Assembly (NCBI GenBank): GCA_964581255.1
Contig: CAZOMT010000010.1
Span: forward strand, 176,156 to 240,155
From: an uncultured Thermodesulfatator sp.
Lineage (GTDB): Bacteria; Desulfobacterota; Dissulfuribacteria; Dissulfuribacterales; QOAL01
Direction of reading: 5' to 3'
DNA: 64,000 nt
In this document: piece after piece, positions 10,629 through 19,549 of the stretch
Layout: every line of letters begins with the position of its first letter
Numbering within the stretch: the stretch's first letter is position 1
Translations under genes and position numbers: made by a program
Notes under the pieces: model-generated
Seen by the model: the letters and a program-made list of their open reading frames with translations, nothing else
Told to the model about the DNA's origin: nothing
The model's database searches: none

Positions 10629-11066
10629 CTATAAAAGTGAATTCAATTTTTCTCGTATCTCTTGTGCCGCAACAGCTCCTACGATGCTATCAACCAATTC
10701 CCCATTTTTGAAAAACAGAAGTGTAGGAATGCTTCGTATCTGAAATCTTTGGGCGGTTGAGGGATTTTCATCAACATTCAACTTTCCAATAACAGCCCTG
10801 TTTCCAAATTCCCTTGCAAGTTCCTCAATCACAGGTGCTATCACACGGCATGGTCCACACCAAGGTGCCCAGCAGTCCACAAGTATTGGCCTCGAAGATC
10901 TGATCAGGTCGTCAAAATTTGCATCTGTGACTATGATAGGCTCGCCTGTGCCTGTGTGTAATGGTGTTTTACATCGTCCACACCTGGGGCTGCTGTTTAT
11001 GCGGCTCAACGGTACCCGGTTTTTAACACCGCAGTTTGGACATCGCAAAATGATCGTCTGTTCCAT
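10629..11066 (-). CDS. Thioredoxin with N-terminal zinc-finger extension (Trx2-type)
   Basis: N-terminal CPNCGVKN...CGRCKTPL pair followed by the WAPWCGPCR active site. Confidence 0.85.
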   Translation of the reverse strand: MEQTIILRCPNCGVKNRVPLSRINSSPRCGRCKTPLHTGTGEPIIVTDANFDDLIRSSRPILVDCWAPWCGPCRVIAPVIEELAREFGNRAVIGKLNVDENPSTAQRFQIRSIPTLLFFKNGELVDSIVGAVAAQEIREKLNSLL

Positions 11067-11198
11067 GTTTACCTTGCCCTCCTTCCATACAGGGATTAAA
11101 AAATTTCAATGGTGCCATCTCCAACAGATGGTTTTAAGGCCGCAAGGCCTCGGAAAAAAAATAATAACTTTTGAAAAAATTTCCAGCGATCAAAAAAT

Positions 11199-11987
11199 AT
11201 GCCAAGCGCTTTCTGCCCATCACATTTGAAAAGGCCTGTTTATCTGGTCCTTATTCTGCTTCACCTATTTCTTTATGGATGTGCCTATATGGTGAAGACA
11301 CCCTCTATTATGATTCCCGAGTCTGAAAAGACCGGGGATCTCAAACAAGACCTGCTAAATAGAGCCAAATCCATTGAGAGCCTGAAGATCCAAGGACGAC
11401 TCAAGATCTCCAATCGGACCAGTAAATTCCCTTCATTTAATTGTGCCATATGGTTTTTTAGCAAAAAGGGAAAGCTGCTGTTGAGGATCAGAGGCTCGGG
11501 TCCTTTTGGGGTTACTGTATTTGATCTCCTCGCGGATCGTCGTGAGGTTTGGATATATCTTCCACAGCAGGGTAAGATCCTGAAGGGTAACACCTTCTTC
11601 ACTGACTATGGCAACATCAGTGTGGACAAAGCAATCAGATTGATGGAGATGTGCCTCAACCCGTGGTCACCAGCAAGATATTGCAGCCCTATGCGATTGC
11701 TGAAGAATGGCTCAAACGGCATTGCCAGCCTCGTGTGCTGCCTATTTGGACAGGATATTACTCTCAGTTACCGCCTTCCTGGGCTAACGCCAATCATTTT
11801 TGACAGTGGCCTCACTTCGATAACCTTTAGTACCTCACAAGAGCTTGAGGCAGATGCATATCCCCGGGAAATTTCATTTCTTTTAAAAAACGATGGAATC
11901 AAGGGCACTCTTTCTATCAGAGAAATAAAATTCAATAATCTGTCCCCCAACAGCCCAATTTTTGACAGGGCTCTGTTTAGCCATTGA
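11199..11987 (+). CDS. Putative outer-membrane lipoprotein (LolB-like/DUF4292-like)
   Basis: Lipobox-like LFLYGC after a hydrophobic N-terminus, with a beta-rich body. The family call is by eye only. Confidence 0.45.
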   Translation: MPSAFCPSHLKRPVYLVLILLHLFLYGCAYMVKTPSIMIPESEKTGDLKQDLLNRAKSIESLKIQGRLKISNRTSKFPSFNCAIWFFSKKGKLLLRIRGSGPFGVTVFDLLADRREVWIYLPQQGKILKGNTFFTDYGNISVDKAIRLMEMCLNPWSPARYCSPMRLLKNGSNGIASLVCCLFGQDITLSYRLPGLTPIIFDSGLTSITFSTSQELEADAYPREISFLLKNDGIKGTLSIREIKFNNLSPNSPIFDRALFSH

Positions 11988-11990
11988 TCT

Positions 11991-12896
11991 TCAATGCAGT
12001 TTGGGGCCGCCACAACCCTTGCCGGTCTTTTCGTTCAGCATATAGAGCCTGTTTTTATACCGTTTAACGAGATAACCATCTTTCTCCTTCTTCAAAAACA
12101 GCGTGATCAGGCCTATCGATTTCCCCAAGGGATGACTGCTTACAATTAGGCAGTTTCCTTGTTTGGTGGGAAGGCTAGTGGGATAAGTGCGGCCACTCGA
12201 AATGACAAGAGCGATTTCCGGATGTCTTTGGAGAAAGCCAATCTCAAGCCCCATGGGCATGGAAGAAAGGGCAACTATGAAATCCGCATTCTTCTTTATC
12301 TTGGCCATGTACCTGTCAAGGGATGGATCGTTTTCCCTAATCTCTATCTCCTTGTTCTCTACAAGGCCAGGCATCAATATGCGTCCAGAAAGGCCGACAA
12401 CGGCAACTTTGATTCCCCTGACATCATATATACGAAATGGTGGGAACAAGGGCCTGCCATTGCAGTAGAGGTTGGCTGAGACCAAATGTTCGCCTGCAGG
12501 GTCCAAGTCTTTTAGAAATTGGCAGCCTGCAGAAAGGTCCTCGACGCCTATGCCTGCCAATTTATAGCCCATCTTTTTGTATTCATTGAAGATACTTTCA
12601 GCCTTTTTCTTAGTCAGCTCGCTGACGTGCCTGCCAGGAGGGAAAAGGAACCTGCCACCGTCCAGCAAGAGGTCTATGTGTTTGTCCTTACTATTTTTCC
12701 GGATCCAACTGATCCGCCGGAGGAGCCCTCCGATTTGCCTGCCGCCTCAGGAATGGACAGGCTCGATCTGGCCCCAAGTGTTGGTGGTATATGCAATGGA
12801 TACTTGAGGTTCATCCGTTTGGGTGGTTTCTGATAGGCCGATGCCAGGAACAAGAAACAAGACAAGGAAAAGCAGGGAAAGATAGTTTTTTTTCAT
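11991..12896 (-). CDS. Secreted 5'-nucleotidase/metallophosphoesterase-like protein interrupted by one in-frame TGA (12747-12749): candidate selenoprotein, alternatively a pseudogene
   Basis: ATG at 12896 overlaps the stop of the upstream HD gene (ATGA). Signal peptide MKKNYLSLLFLVLFLVPGIGLSE. The reading frame continues across TGA as ...WGQIEPVHS-TGA-GGRQIGGLLRRISWIRKNSKDKHIDLLLDGGRF..., joining track ORFs 12747-13037 and 11991-12668, which are exactly in frame. Two hairpins lie 14-47 nt after the TGA. Confidence 0.5.
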
Positions 12897-13504
12897 GGTA
12901 AATTCTCCTTTTTTGCGCCATCGTGCAACTTGGCAAAAGATTCCATCCACCAACTTGCCCAATGGATATCCTTGATCTTTGAAGCAAGTTCTTTGGCCTG
13001 GTTGGTTACAAGCCTCTTTTCCACGAATCGTACCCACGATGCAGCATTGGGATTTCCACAGTCCATCTGTTCCTTGAGCGAAATAAGCATATCTATCTGG
13101 TCTGCATCGCGGGCAAGCATTGCCTCAAGGGTCCTGCCTTGTTCATATTCCTCATATAGCTCAATGAGATCTTGTGCAAAGAAGCAGCCATCCACTGCAT
13201 CTTTAAAAGCCCTCATCTCGTCTCTTTTTACATATAACTTATGAACTGCATTTGCGTCACCTGTCCTTGCCTCTGGTAAGTCGTGTACCAAGGCCATTAG
13301 GACAAGTCTTTCTATGTTTGCTCCTGGCACCATCTTTCCAAGGAGCATGGCTATAAAGGCGGTGGAAAAACTGTGGGCTGCACAATTTTCGGCTCCACTG
13401 CCTAAGAAGGCGTAACCTGTCCGCATGGTTCGCTTCAACATGGCTGCTTCAAAAATGAGATTGACCATCGGGTTTATCTGCTCAGGATCAATAGACTTAG
13501 CCAT
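12893..13504 (-). CDS. HD-domain phosphohydrolase (YfbR-type 5'-deoxynucleotidase family)
   Basis: Has H...HD...D motifs (AAHSFS, LVHDLPEARTGD, ARDADQIDML). Confidence 0.8.
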   Translation of the reverse strand: MAKSIDPEQINPMVNLIFEAAMLKRTMRTGYAFLGSGAENCAAHSFSTAFIAMLLGKMVPGANIERLVLMALVHDLPEARTGDANAVHKLYVKRDEMRAFKDAVDGCFFAQDLIELYEEYEQGRTLEAMLARDADQIDMLISLKEQMDCGNPNAASWVRFVEKRLVTNQAKELASKIKDIHWASWWMESFAKLHDGAKKENLP

Positions 13505-13515
13505 TTGGGTTTCCT

Positions 13516-14838
13516 TTAGAGATTTTTCATGAAAAAGTTTTCTATGACTAGCTCAGGTGACACCTTGCCTCCTTTTAAGGAAAGATCCATCTCTGCCATT
13601 TCTTCTAACATGTCAAAGAGTTCATGCAATGAATAGTTGCCTGAAGAAGTAATGTTGAGCCAAGCGCCATACGGGTGAAGGTTACCAAGGGGATTCCATC
13701 CGTAAGGTTCCAAAACCGATTTCAACGATTGCCAAAACTTGTCTTTGAACAAGGTGTAGCTGCTCTTCTCCACTTGACGTTCAAAACCACTGGCTGCTAC
13801 AGCAACCTTTAAGGCCAGGATCCTTAAAAGACAATTTCTTACAGCAGACAATACCGCAAGGGGATGTATGCCTTGTTCCAAAAGGAGCCTTGAACTTTTG
13901 AGTGCGGCACCTATGTCTCTACGCCTAATGGCGTCTCCAATCTTGAATATCTCTTCTTCCCTGTGGCGAATCACGAGCCCCTTTACATCTTCAAGCCCTA
14001 TAATTTTTCTTTGTCCACTAAGGCTGATGAGTTTTTCTGCCTCGTTCTTCAATGCAGAAATGGATCGGTCACCAACTAATTCCATTAGATGCTTGAGTGC
14101 TTCTGGAGATATCTGCTTGCCCGCTTCTTTTACCCAGTTTTTGACCTGCGTTTGGAGAAAAACCGTCTTTTTCCCATGACCTTCACTGCCTCCGCTAAGA
14201 TCAGTGAAAGGGCAAAGCTTCAAGAATTGTTTGAGTTCTTTTCGTCTCCTGTCGGGTCTTTCCACAGAAAGGCACAAGAATACGTTTTGCCTGCCTTTTT
14301 TTTCTATTCCACTTCTAAGCCACTGGAGAATGCGCTCACCACTGGATTCAAGAGGTTCTTTGCGTAGTTGTTCAAGGCGGTCTTGAAATCTTTCAACCAT
14401 CTCGAGCAACCCTTTCATGTCAATGCCCTTTGGCAGTGCCAGCCTACCAATGGCTTGTTTAGTAGCGCTTTTGAGCTCTGACACAGAGACATCTTCCCTT
14501 GCCATAAGTCTTGCCAGTAACTTGACCACCCTTTCTTCATTGTTGCTCTCAAGGGCCTTTTCGAGTCTTTTGGAAATATCGTCCGCCCTGCCCTTCGCCC
14601 TCAAAAAGTCAGGCTCCTGGTAGATCACTATGGTCCTTGAAACAAAAAGACCCTTGGTTCGAAGCGCTTCAACAATATTGGCTTCGGTGACCTCGTCACC
14701 ATGCAAAATGGAGATCTCATCTTCAGAAAGGCCTGGAAATATTCCAGCCAACATCTTCATACAACGTGGCTTTACCGCCTGCCATTCCCCAAAAAAGATG
14801 TGGCAGAATGTGGCCTTGCCATCCTTTGAACGCTTCAT
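13516..14838 (-). CDS. holA: DNA polymerase III delta subunit-like (HolA), long form
   Basis: Pattern resembles HolA: ...GLFVSRTIVIYQEP..., EAEKLISLSG...IGLEDVKGLV...EEEIFKIGDAI...ALKSSRLLLEQGIHPLAVL. At 440 aa it is longer than typical HolA. Confidence 0.6.
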   Translation of the reverse strand: MKRSKDGKATFCHIFFGEWQAVKPRCMKMLAGIFPGLSEDEISILHGDEVTEANIVEALRTKGLFVSRTIVIYQEPDFLRAKGRADDISKRLEKALESNNEERVVKLLARLMAREDVSVSELKSATKQAIGRLALPKGIDMKGLLEMVERFQDRLEQLRKEPLESSGERILQWLRSGIEKKGRQNVFLCLSVERPDRRRKELKQFLKLCPFTDLSGGSEGHGKKTVFLQTQVKNWVKEAGKQISPEALKHLMELVGDRSISALKNEAEKLISLSGQRKIIGLEDVKGLVIRHREEEIFKIGDAIRRRDIGAALKSSRLLLEQGIHPLAVLSAVRNCLLRILALKVAVAASGFERQVEKSSYTLFKDKFWQSLKSVLEPYGWNPLGNLHPYGAWLNITSSGNYSLHELFDMLEEMAEMDLSLKGGKVSPELVIENFFMKNL

Positions 14839-14846
14839 AAGGGTCT

Positions 14847-15668
14847 TTATTTTCGCCCAAGCTCTTTGGAGCGGTTGGAGGCAGCCCTTACAGCATCCAT
14901 AACAGCACCAAAAAGCCCATTGCCATGCAGGTGATATATCCCGTGAATGGTGGTGCCTCCTGGACTCGTGACCATGGAGACAAGCTCCTCAGGATGCCTG
15001 CCTGTCTCCATGCACATCTTTGCCGACCCCAACACTGTCTGGATGGCCAGCTCAGAGGCGATTGGCCTGGGCAAACCCTCCCTTATCCCAGCCTGAATAA
15101 GGGCCTCTATAAACAAAAAACAATACGCAGGGCCGCTGCCGCTAAGCCCTGTGACTGCATCCATGAGTGATTCTGGAACCTCCACAGCCTTTCCCATGGC
15201 CCCAAAGAGTTTTAGTGCCCATTTTATATCGTCAGACGTGGCGTAGCGTCCCTTACACAGGGCTGCAGCACCCTCCTGGACCAAGGCTGGCGTATTTGGC
15301 ATGACCCTTATCACCCTTACCCCTTCGTCAAGACCATTTTCTATTTGAGAAAGCCTTATTCCTGCAGCTATGGATATCACAAGTTGCTCTTTGGAAACTA
15401 CAGATTTTAATTCTGACAAGACAACATCCATGACCTGCGGCTTTACCGCCAGGACGATAACGTCCTTCCCTGCGACAGCCTCTCTGTTGTTGTCAAAGGT
15501 GGTAATTTGGTAGGTCTCGTTCAGGTATTTCCGTCTTGTCTCCAAGGGTTCGGAACAAGAAACGGATTCCTTAGGGGTGATTCCCTTGTCAGTTACGGCT
15601 CGTATGAGCGCTTCAGCCATCTGGCCTCCACCAACAAAGCAAATGGTTTCCTTGGTGTACGACGGCAT
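14847..15668 (-). CDS. proC: Pyrroline-5-carboxylate reductase
   Basis: N-terminal Rossmann ICFVGGGQMAEAL and the C-terminal P5CR dimerisation motif SPGGTTIHG. Confidence 0.9.
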   Translation of the reverse strand: MPSYTKETICFVGGGQMAEALIRAVTDKGITPKESVSCSEPLETRRKYLNETYQITTFDNNREAVAGKDVIVLAVKPQVMDVVLSELKSVVSKEQLVISIAAGIRLSQIENGLDEGVRVIRVMPNTPALVQEGAAALCKGRYATSDDIKWALKLFGAMGKAVEVPESLMDAVTGLSGSGPAYCFLFIEALIQAGIREGLPRPIASELAIQTVLGSAKMCMETGRHPEELVSMVTSPGGTTIHGIYHLHGNGLFGAVMDAVRAASNRSKELGRK

Positions 15669-15717
15669 AAAAACTCCTTTTTCGTATGAGGGGAATTAAC
15701 GCAAGAAGGCCTGAACA

Positions 15718-16503
15718 TCAAGCAGAGACAGGCCTGACCATTACCTTTTGGGCAAGTCCTTTTCCAAGGGCTACCCTGGAGCCCTTAACACTTACTATCA
15801 GGGGGCCACCTCGGTTCAGTACCTCGATCTCCTGACCAATGGATATTCCCATGTCAGACAGTCTCTTCCTAAGTTGCCCACCTCCGTTGAATTCGATGAT
15901 CTTCACCTTCTCACCTGGAGAAACCATGCTAAGAGGCAGGTTTTGGCCCTGTTTGTCCCTGCATTCAGGGCAAATCCCATATATGGTGCATTTTTTGGAG
16001 ATGGGCTCAAAGCCATACTGTCTGGCTGTTTTGGTCATGGTCTTTTCAAGGTCTTCATGCTCAAATTCCACGACCTTACCACATCTCATGCACAGGAGAT
16101 GGTCATGTCTTTCGCCAAGATGAAGATGTTCGTACCAAGGGCCCCTGCCATTTAGATGGACCTTCTGGGCAAGTCCATAACGGCATAGAAGATCTAACAT
16201 GCCTTCAACTTCTTCCAAGGATACGTCAAGCTGTCTTTGAGAAAGCCTTTCTTGCAGATAGTCACTGGACAGGTGTCCTTCGGATTGGAGAAATTCGTCA
16301 ACTATCTGCATCTGAACAGGCGAGAGGCTGGCCCCTGTTTGTTTCAGAAGTCTTAGAAGATCCTGTTTTTCCCTTTGGTGAAGCCTCTGAAAACAGTTTC
16401 CATCCTGCTGGTCAGTCGAGGCCTCCTGGTTTAGATCACAGGTCTCGCAATCCCTGCATATGATTGGCTCAGATTTCATCTTTTCAAAAAGCCTTTGAAA
16501 CAC
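15718..16503 (-). CDS. Fur-family regulator fused to a C-terminal FeoA (SH3-like) domain, with a Cys-containing N-terminal extension
   Basis: Fur core (winged-helix region, HLHLGERHDHLLCMRCGKVVEF...CPEC). This is followed by the FeoA-like LSMVSPGEKVKIIEFNGGGQLRKRLSDMGISIGQEIEVLNRGGPLIVSVKGSRVALGKGLAQKVMV. N-terminus contains CRDCETC. Confidence 0.7.
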   Translation of the reverse strand: MFQRLFEKMKSEPIICRDCETCDLNQEASTDQQDGNCFQRLHQREKQDLLRLLKQTGASLSPVQMQIVDEFLQSEGHLSSDYLQERLSQRQLDVSLEEVEGMLDLLCRYGLAQKVHLNGRGPWYEHLHLGERHDHLLCMRCGKVVEFEHEDLEKTMTKTARQYGFEPISKKCTIYGICPECRDKQGQNLPLSMVSPGEKVKIIEFNGGGQLRKRLSDMGISIGQEIEVLNRGGPLIVSVKGSRVALGKGLAQKVMVRPVSA

Positions 16504-16560
16504 GGTAACTCTCCCTACGACAACAGGATCTCGTCGTGTATATGGATATCTCCTTACAGA

Positions 16561-16580
16561 GATTGTTTTTCATTGTCAAT
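16561..16580. promoter_or_regulatory. Weak Fur-box-like AT-rich element in the divergent fur/fur-feoA intergenic region
   Basis: GATTGTTTTTCATTGTCAAT partly resembles the Fur-box half TAATCATTATC (8/12 by eye). Confidence 0.2.
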
Positions 16581-16668
16581 AAGCCTTGACTCAATATGGT
16601 AATAGGGTTAGAAAATTTTGCAAACACTACCGTCTAAGGTGGAAAATAATTTCTCTTTCAGGAACAAC

Positions 16669-17106
16669 ATGAAATCAGAGCTTGAAATATTCAGGGAATT
16701 CCTCAAAAAAAAGGGGATGCGATATACCCCTGAAAGGGAAATAATTATCAAGGAAATCTTCTCCATACATGACCACTTCGATGTGGACAGCCTCTATATC
16801 TCCATGCGGAAAAAGGATGCCAGGGTGTCCAAGGCCTCGATTTACAGGCTCATCCCCTTACTGATTGAAGCAAATCTCATTGAAGAGGTGTTTTTTGACA
16901 AGGGCCAGATGTATTATGAACATATATATGGCCATGAACACCATTGCCATCTGCGGTGTGTCAATTGCAGAAAGATCCAGGAGTTCAGCGACCCACGTCT
17001 GAAGGAAATAGAACAAGAGTTGGCGGACAGGTTTGACTACAAGATCCTGAGGCACAAGCTGGAAGTAATGGGGCTATGCTCCAAATGCCAGGATGAACAG
17101 GACTGA
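16669..17106 (+). CDS. fur: Fur-family transcriptional regulator
   Basis: ATG at 16669 is preferred over the track's TTG at 16618. Motifs are HDHFD, HEHHCHLRCVNCRKIQEF and CSKCQ. Confidence 0.8.
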   Translation: MKSELEIFREFLKKKGMRYTPEREIIIKEIFSIHDHFDVDSLYISMRKKDARVSKASIYRLIPLLIEANLIEEVFFDKGQMYYEHIYGHEHHCHLRCVNCRKIQEFSDPRLKEIEQELADRFDYKILRHKLEVMGLCSKCQDEQD

Positions 17107-17599
17107 GCCCCAAAACCGTATCCATCTAAACGTGGTCCTGGTCGAGCCTGAGATACCGCCAAACACAGGAAACATAGCAAGGCTCTGTGCTGCCACCTCC
17201 TCTACCTTGCATCTCGTTCATCCCCTTGGTTTCAGAACCGATGATAAAAGCCTTAAAAGGGCAGGCCTAGACTATTGGCCACACGTAACAGTAATCCATC
17301 ACGAAAGCCTGGATGCATTCCTCGAAAAATTCCAGCACGAAAACCTCATTCTGTTTTCGACCAGGGGAAAAAGGCCTTACACTGAGGCCCCCTATATGAA
17401 TGAAGCCTTTCTACTGTTTGGCAAGGAAACAGCAGGGCTTCCCCAGTGGCTGATTGACGAAAGGCATTTCAGCACTTTCCGTATCCCCATGTGGGGAAAG
17501 ACCAGGAGCCTCAATCTTTCAACAGCCGCAGGAATTGTGGTATATGAAGGTTACAGGAGGTTAACCAGGGATTTCAGGTGCCCTATTTTTTCTTCTTGA
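17093..17599 (+). CDS. trmL: tRNA (cytidine/uridine-2'-O)-methyltransferase TrmL (SpoU family)
   Basis: VVLVEPEIPPNTGNIARLCAAT, C-terminal knot motif RSLNLSTAAGIVVYE. Small size. Confidence 0.8.
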   Translation: MNRTEPQNRIHLNVVLVEPEIPPNTGNIARLCAATSSTLHLVHPLGFRTDDKSLKRAGLDYWPHVTVIHHESLDAFLEKFQHENLILFSTRGKRPYTEAPYMNEAFLLFGKETAGLPQWLIDERHFSTFRIPMWGKTRSLNLSTAAGIVVYEGYRRLTRDFRCPIFSS

Positions 17600-17858
17600 A
17601 CTCCTTCAGGCACTTTTCACAGCAGAAATAATAGAGCTTCCCGCCCCTGCCATACACGATGGCCTCTTTTTTTGGAACGTACACGCCACAGACTGGATCT
17701 TTTACGAGTTCATCTGTAATCGGTGGCTTAGGGGGGCCACTATCCCGGGGACCCTTGGGAAACAGGCCAGCTACATACCTCTTTAAGGCTAGATAGCCAA
17801 AGATTATAATGGCCAAAAAGAACAAAAACTTCACGCAAGCGCCCCCTCTGGTTCCCAA
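17583..17858 (-). CDS. Small membrane-anchored YHS/TRASH-type metal-binding domain protein
   Basis: N-terminal TM helix followed by DPVCGVYV...YYFCCEKCLKEF. Confidence 0.6.
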   Translation of the reverse strand: MGTRGGACVKFLFFLAIIIFGYLALKRYVAGLFPKGPRDSGPPKPPITDELVKDPVCGVYVPKKEAIVYGRGGKLYYFCCEKCLKEFKKKK

Positions 17859-18370
17859 GATACACGTTCTAAGACCTCTTTTTGGGATGGCAAGTCCTGA
17901 AGCATTTGGCCAACTGTCCTGCCAAGGGATTCTATAAAAAGGTGTGGCGCTATCTCAGCCCAGGGCATTAGCACAAAGGCCCTTTCCTTGATCCTGGGGT
18001 GTGGAATGGTTAGATCGCCCCTGCCGTGATCTTTTGTGATGTTGATGCCCTCCATAAACAAGATATCAAGATCTATCGTCCTGTCTGGGCCAGACGCCCT
18101 GTCTCTTCCCATCATCCTTTCTATATCCAGTAAGGAGTCGAGAAGTGTTTCGGGCTCGAGGCATGTGCGGACTTCAAGGACAGCATTTATAAAGGTGTTA
18201 TCAGACTCCATATCCACAGGCTCTGTAATATACGGGGACGAGCTCCTGACAGTTTCTATGCCTGGAGTTTTCGAAAGCATGTCTTTGGCCTTGAGGCAGT
18301 TGGCTATCCTGTCGCCAAGGTTTGATCCAAGGGCAATAAACGCCCTTCTGAACCGTTGGCCCTGGGCCAT
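17831..18370 (-). CDS. folK: 2-amino-4-hydroxy-6-hydroxymethyldihydropteridine diphosphokinase
   Basis: ALGSNLGDR...YITEPV...RTIDLDIL...HPRIKERAFVL. Confidence 0.85.
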   Translation of the reverse strand: MAQGQRFRRAFIALGSNLGDRIANCLKAKDMLSKTPGIETVRSSSPYITEPVDMESDNTFINAVLEVRTCLEPETLLDSLLDIERMMGRDRASGPDRTIDLDILFMEGINITKDHGRGDLTIPHPRIKERAFVLMPWAEIAPHLFIESLGRTVGQMLQDLPSQKEVLERVSWEPEGALA

Positions 18371-18371
18371 T

Positions 18372-19535
18372 TCAAAGCACGCCCCTCAGTCTTTCAACTG
18401 CCTCGGACAACCTTTCTTCGGAGACGGTAAGGGCCATCCTTACATAGCCTTCTCCTGGCTCTCCAAATCCGTTTCCAGGAGTGCAGACAATGCCAGCCTT
18501 TTCAAGAAGCAGTGTACTGAAAGAACTCGAAGTGTACCCCTTGGGTACCTTTATCCAGACATAAAAGGTGGCCTTGGGTCTATGCGCCTTTATTCCAAGA
18601 GAAAGAAGACCGTCAACCAATACGTTTCTTCTTTTGGTATAGATCTCCTGCATCGTGGCTACAAAGGATTGGTCACTTTCGAGAGCAGCGGCGGCTGCCT
18701 CCTCCACTGCCTCAAACTGTCCAGAATCAACATTTGATTTTACTTGTTTGAGTGCTCCAATAAGTTCTGGATTGCCCGTGGCAAAACCAATCCTCCAGCC
18801 AGTCATGTTGTAGGTCTTGGAGAGGGAATGGAACTCGATCCCTATATCCATTGCCCCGGGGGTCTCAAGAAAGCTTGGAGCCTTATATCCGTCAAAACAC
18901 ATCTCACTGTATGCTGCGTCATGGCAGACGATTATTTGATTGGCCTTTGCAAATTCCACTACCTCTTGGAAAAATTCCTTTGTGGCACATGCTGAAGTTG
19001 GATTGTTGGGATAGTTGAGCCATATTATCCTTGCCTTTTCCGCCACGTCTTGAGGAATAGCCGACAGATCTGGCAAGAAGGAATTGTCTTCCAATAAGGG
19101 CATAAAGTAGGAAATGCCACCACAAAAGAGTGTTCCTATATGGTAGACAGGATAACCAGGAGATGGCACCAAAACTATGTCTTCCGGCTCCACAAAGGCG
19201 ATGGGGAAATGGGCTATGGCCTCCTTGGACCCGATACAGGCACAAACTTGTGTTTCAGGGTCTGGCTCCAACCCAAACCTCCTCCTTAAGAAGGTTGTGG
19301 CCGCTTTCCTGAATGAAAGGCTTCCCTGGGATGAAGGATATCTGTGATTTTTCGGCTTCCTGATAGCTTTCGCCATTGCATCTACGACAAAGTCAGGCGT
19401 GGGGAGATCCGGGTCTCCAATGCCTAGATCTATGACATCGACGCCCTTTGCCTGAATCTGGGCCTTTTTCCTATCCAGTTCGACAAAAAGGTAAGGCGGA
19501 AGCCTCTTTATCCGCTGACTTTTCTCAAAATTCAT
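18372..19535 (-). CDS. dapL: LL-diaminopimelate aminotransferase-type class I aminotransferase
   Basis: RLPPYLFVELD...VIDLGIGDPDLPTP, PLP-Lys region HSLSKTYNMTGWRIG. Same-strand neighbourhood with dapB and dapA. Confidence 0.7.
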   Translation of the reverse strand: MNFEKSQRIKRLPPYLFVELDRKKAQIQAKGVDVIDLGIGDPDLPTPDFVVDAMAKAIRKPKNHRYPSSQGSLSFRKAATTFLRRRFGLEPDPETQVCACIGSKEAIAHFPIAFVEPEDIVLVPSPGYPVYHIGTLFCGGISYFMPLLEDNSFLPDLSAIPQDVAEKARIIWLNYPNNPTSACATKEFFQEVVEFAKANQIIVCHDAAYSEMCFDGYKAPSFLETPGAMDIGIEFHSLSKTYNMTGWRIGFATGNPELIGALKQVKSNVDSGQFEAVEEAAAAALESDQSFVATMQEIYTKRRNVLVDGLLSLGIKAHRPKATFYVWIKVPKGYTSSSFSTLLLEKAGIVCTPGNGFGEPGEGYVRMALTVSEERLSEAVERLRGVL

Positions 19536-19549
19536 CTGTCTTGCCTTTC

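Noticed and set aside
18036-18737. 233-aa plus-strand ORF. Similar long ORFs occur at 2978-3745(-), 33038-33688(-), 51410-52162(+), 55672-56451(+), 58275-58874(+) and 59052-59864(+).
   Set aside because: Each lies antisense to, or out of frame with, a gene that has unmistakable conserved motifs (folK/dapL, cheA, the sigma-54 activator, DUF342, the HMGL synthase, hisS). They have Ser/Leu/Pro/Arg-rich or otherwise low-information composition and no RBS. These are typical shadow ORFs.
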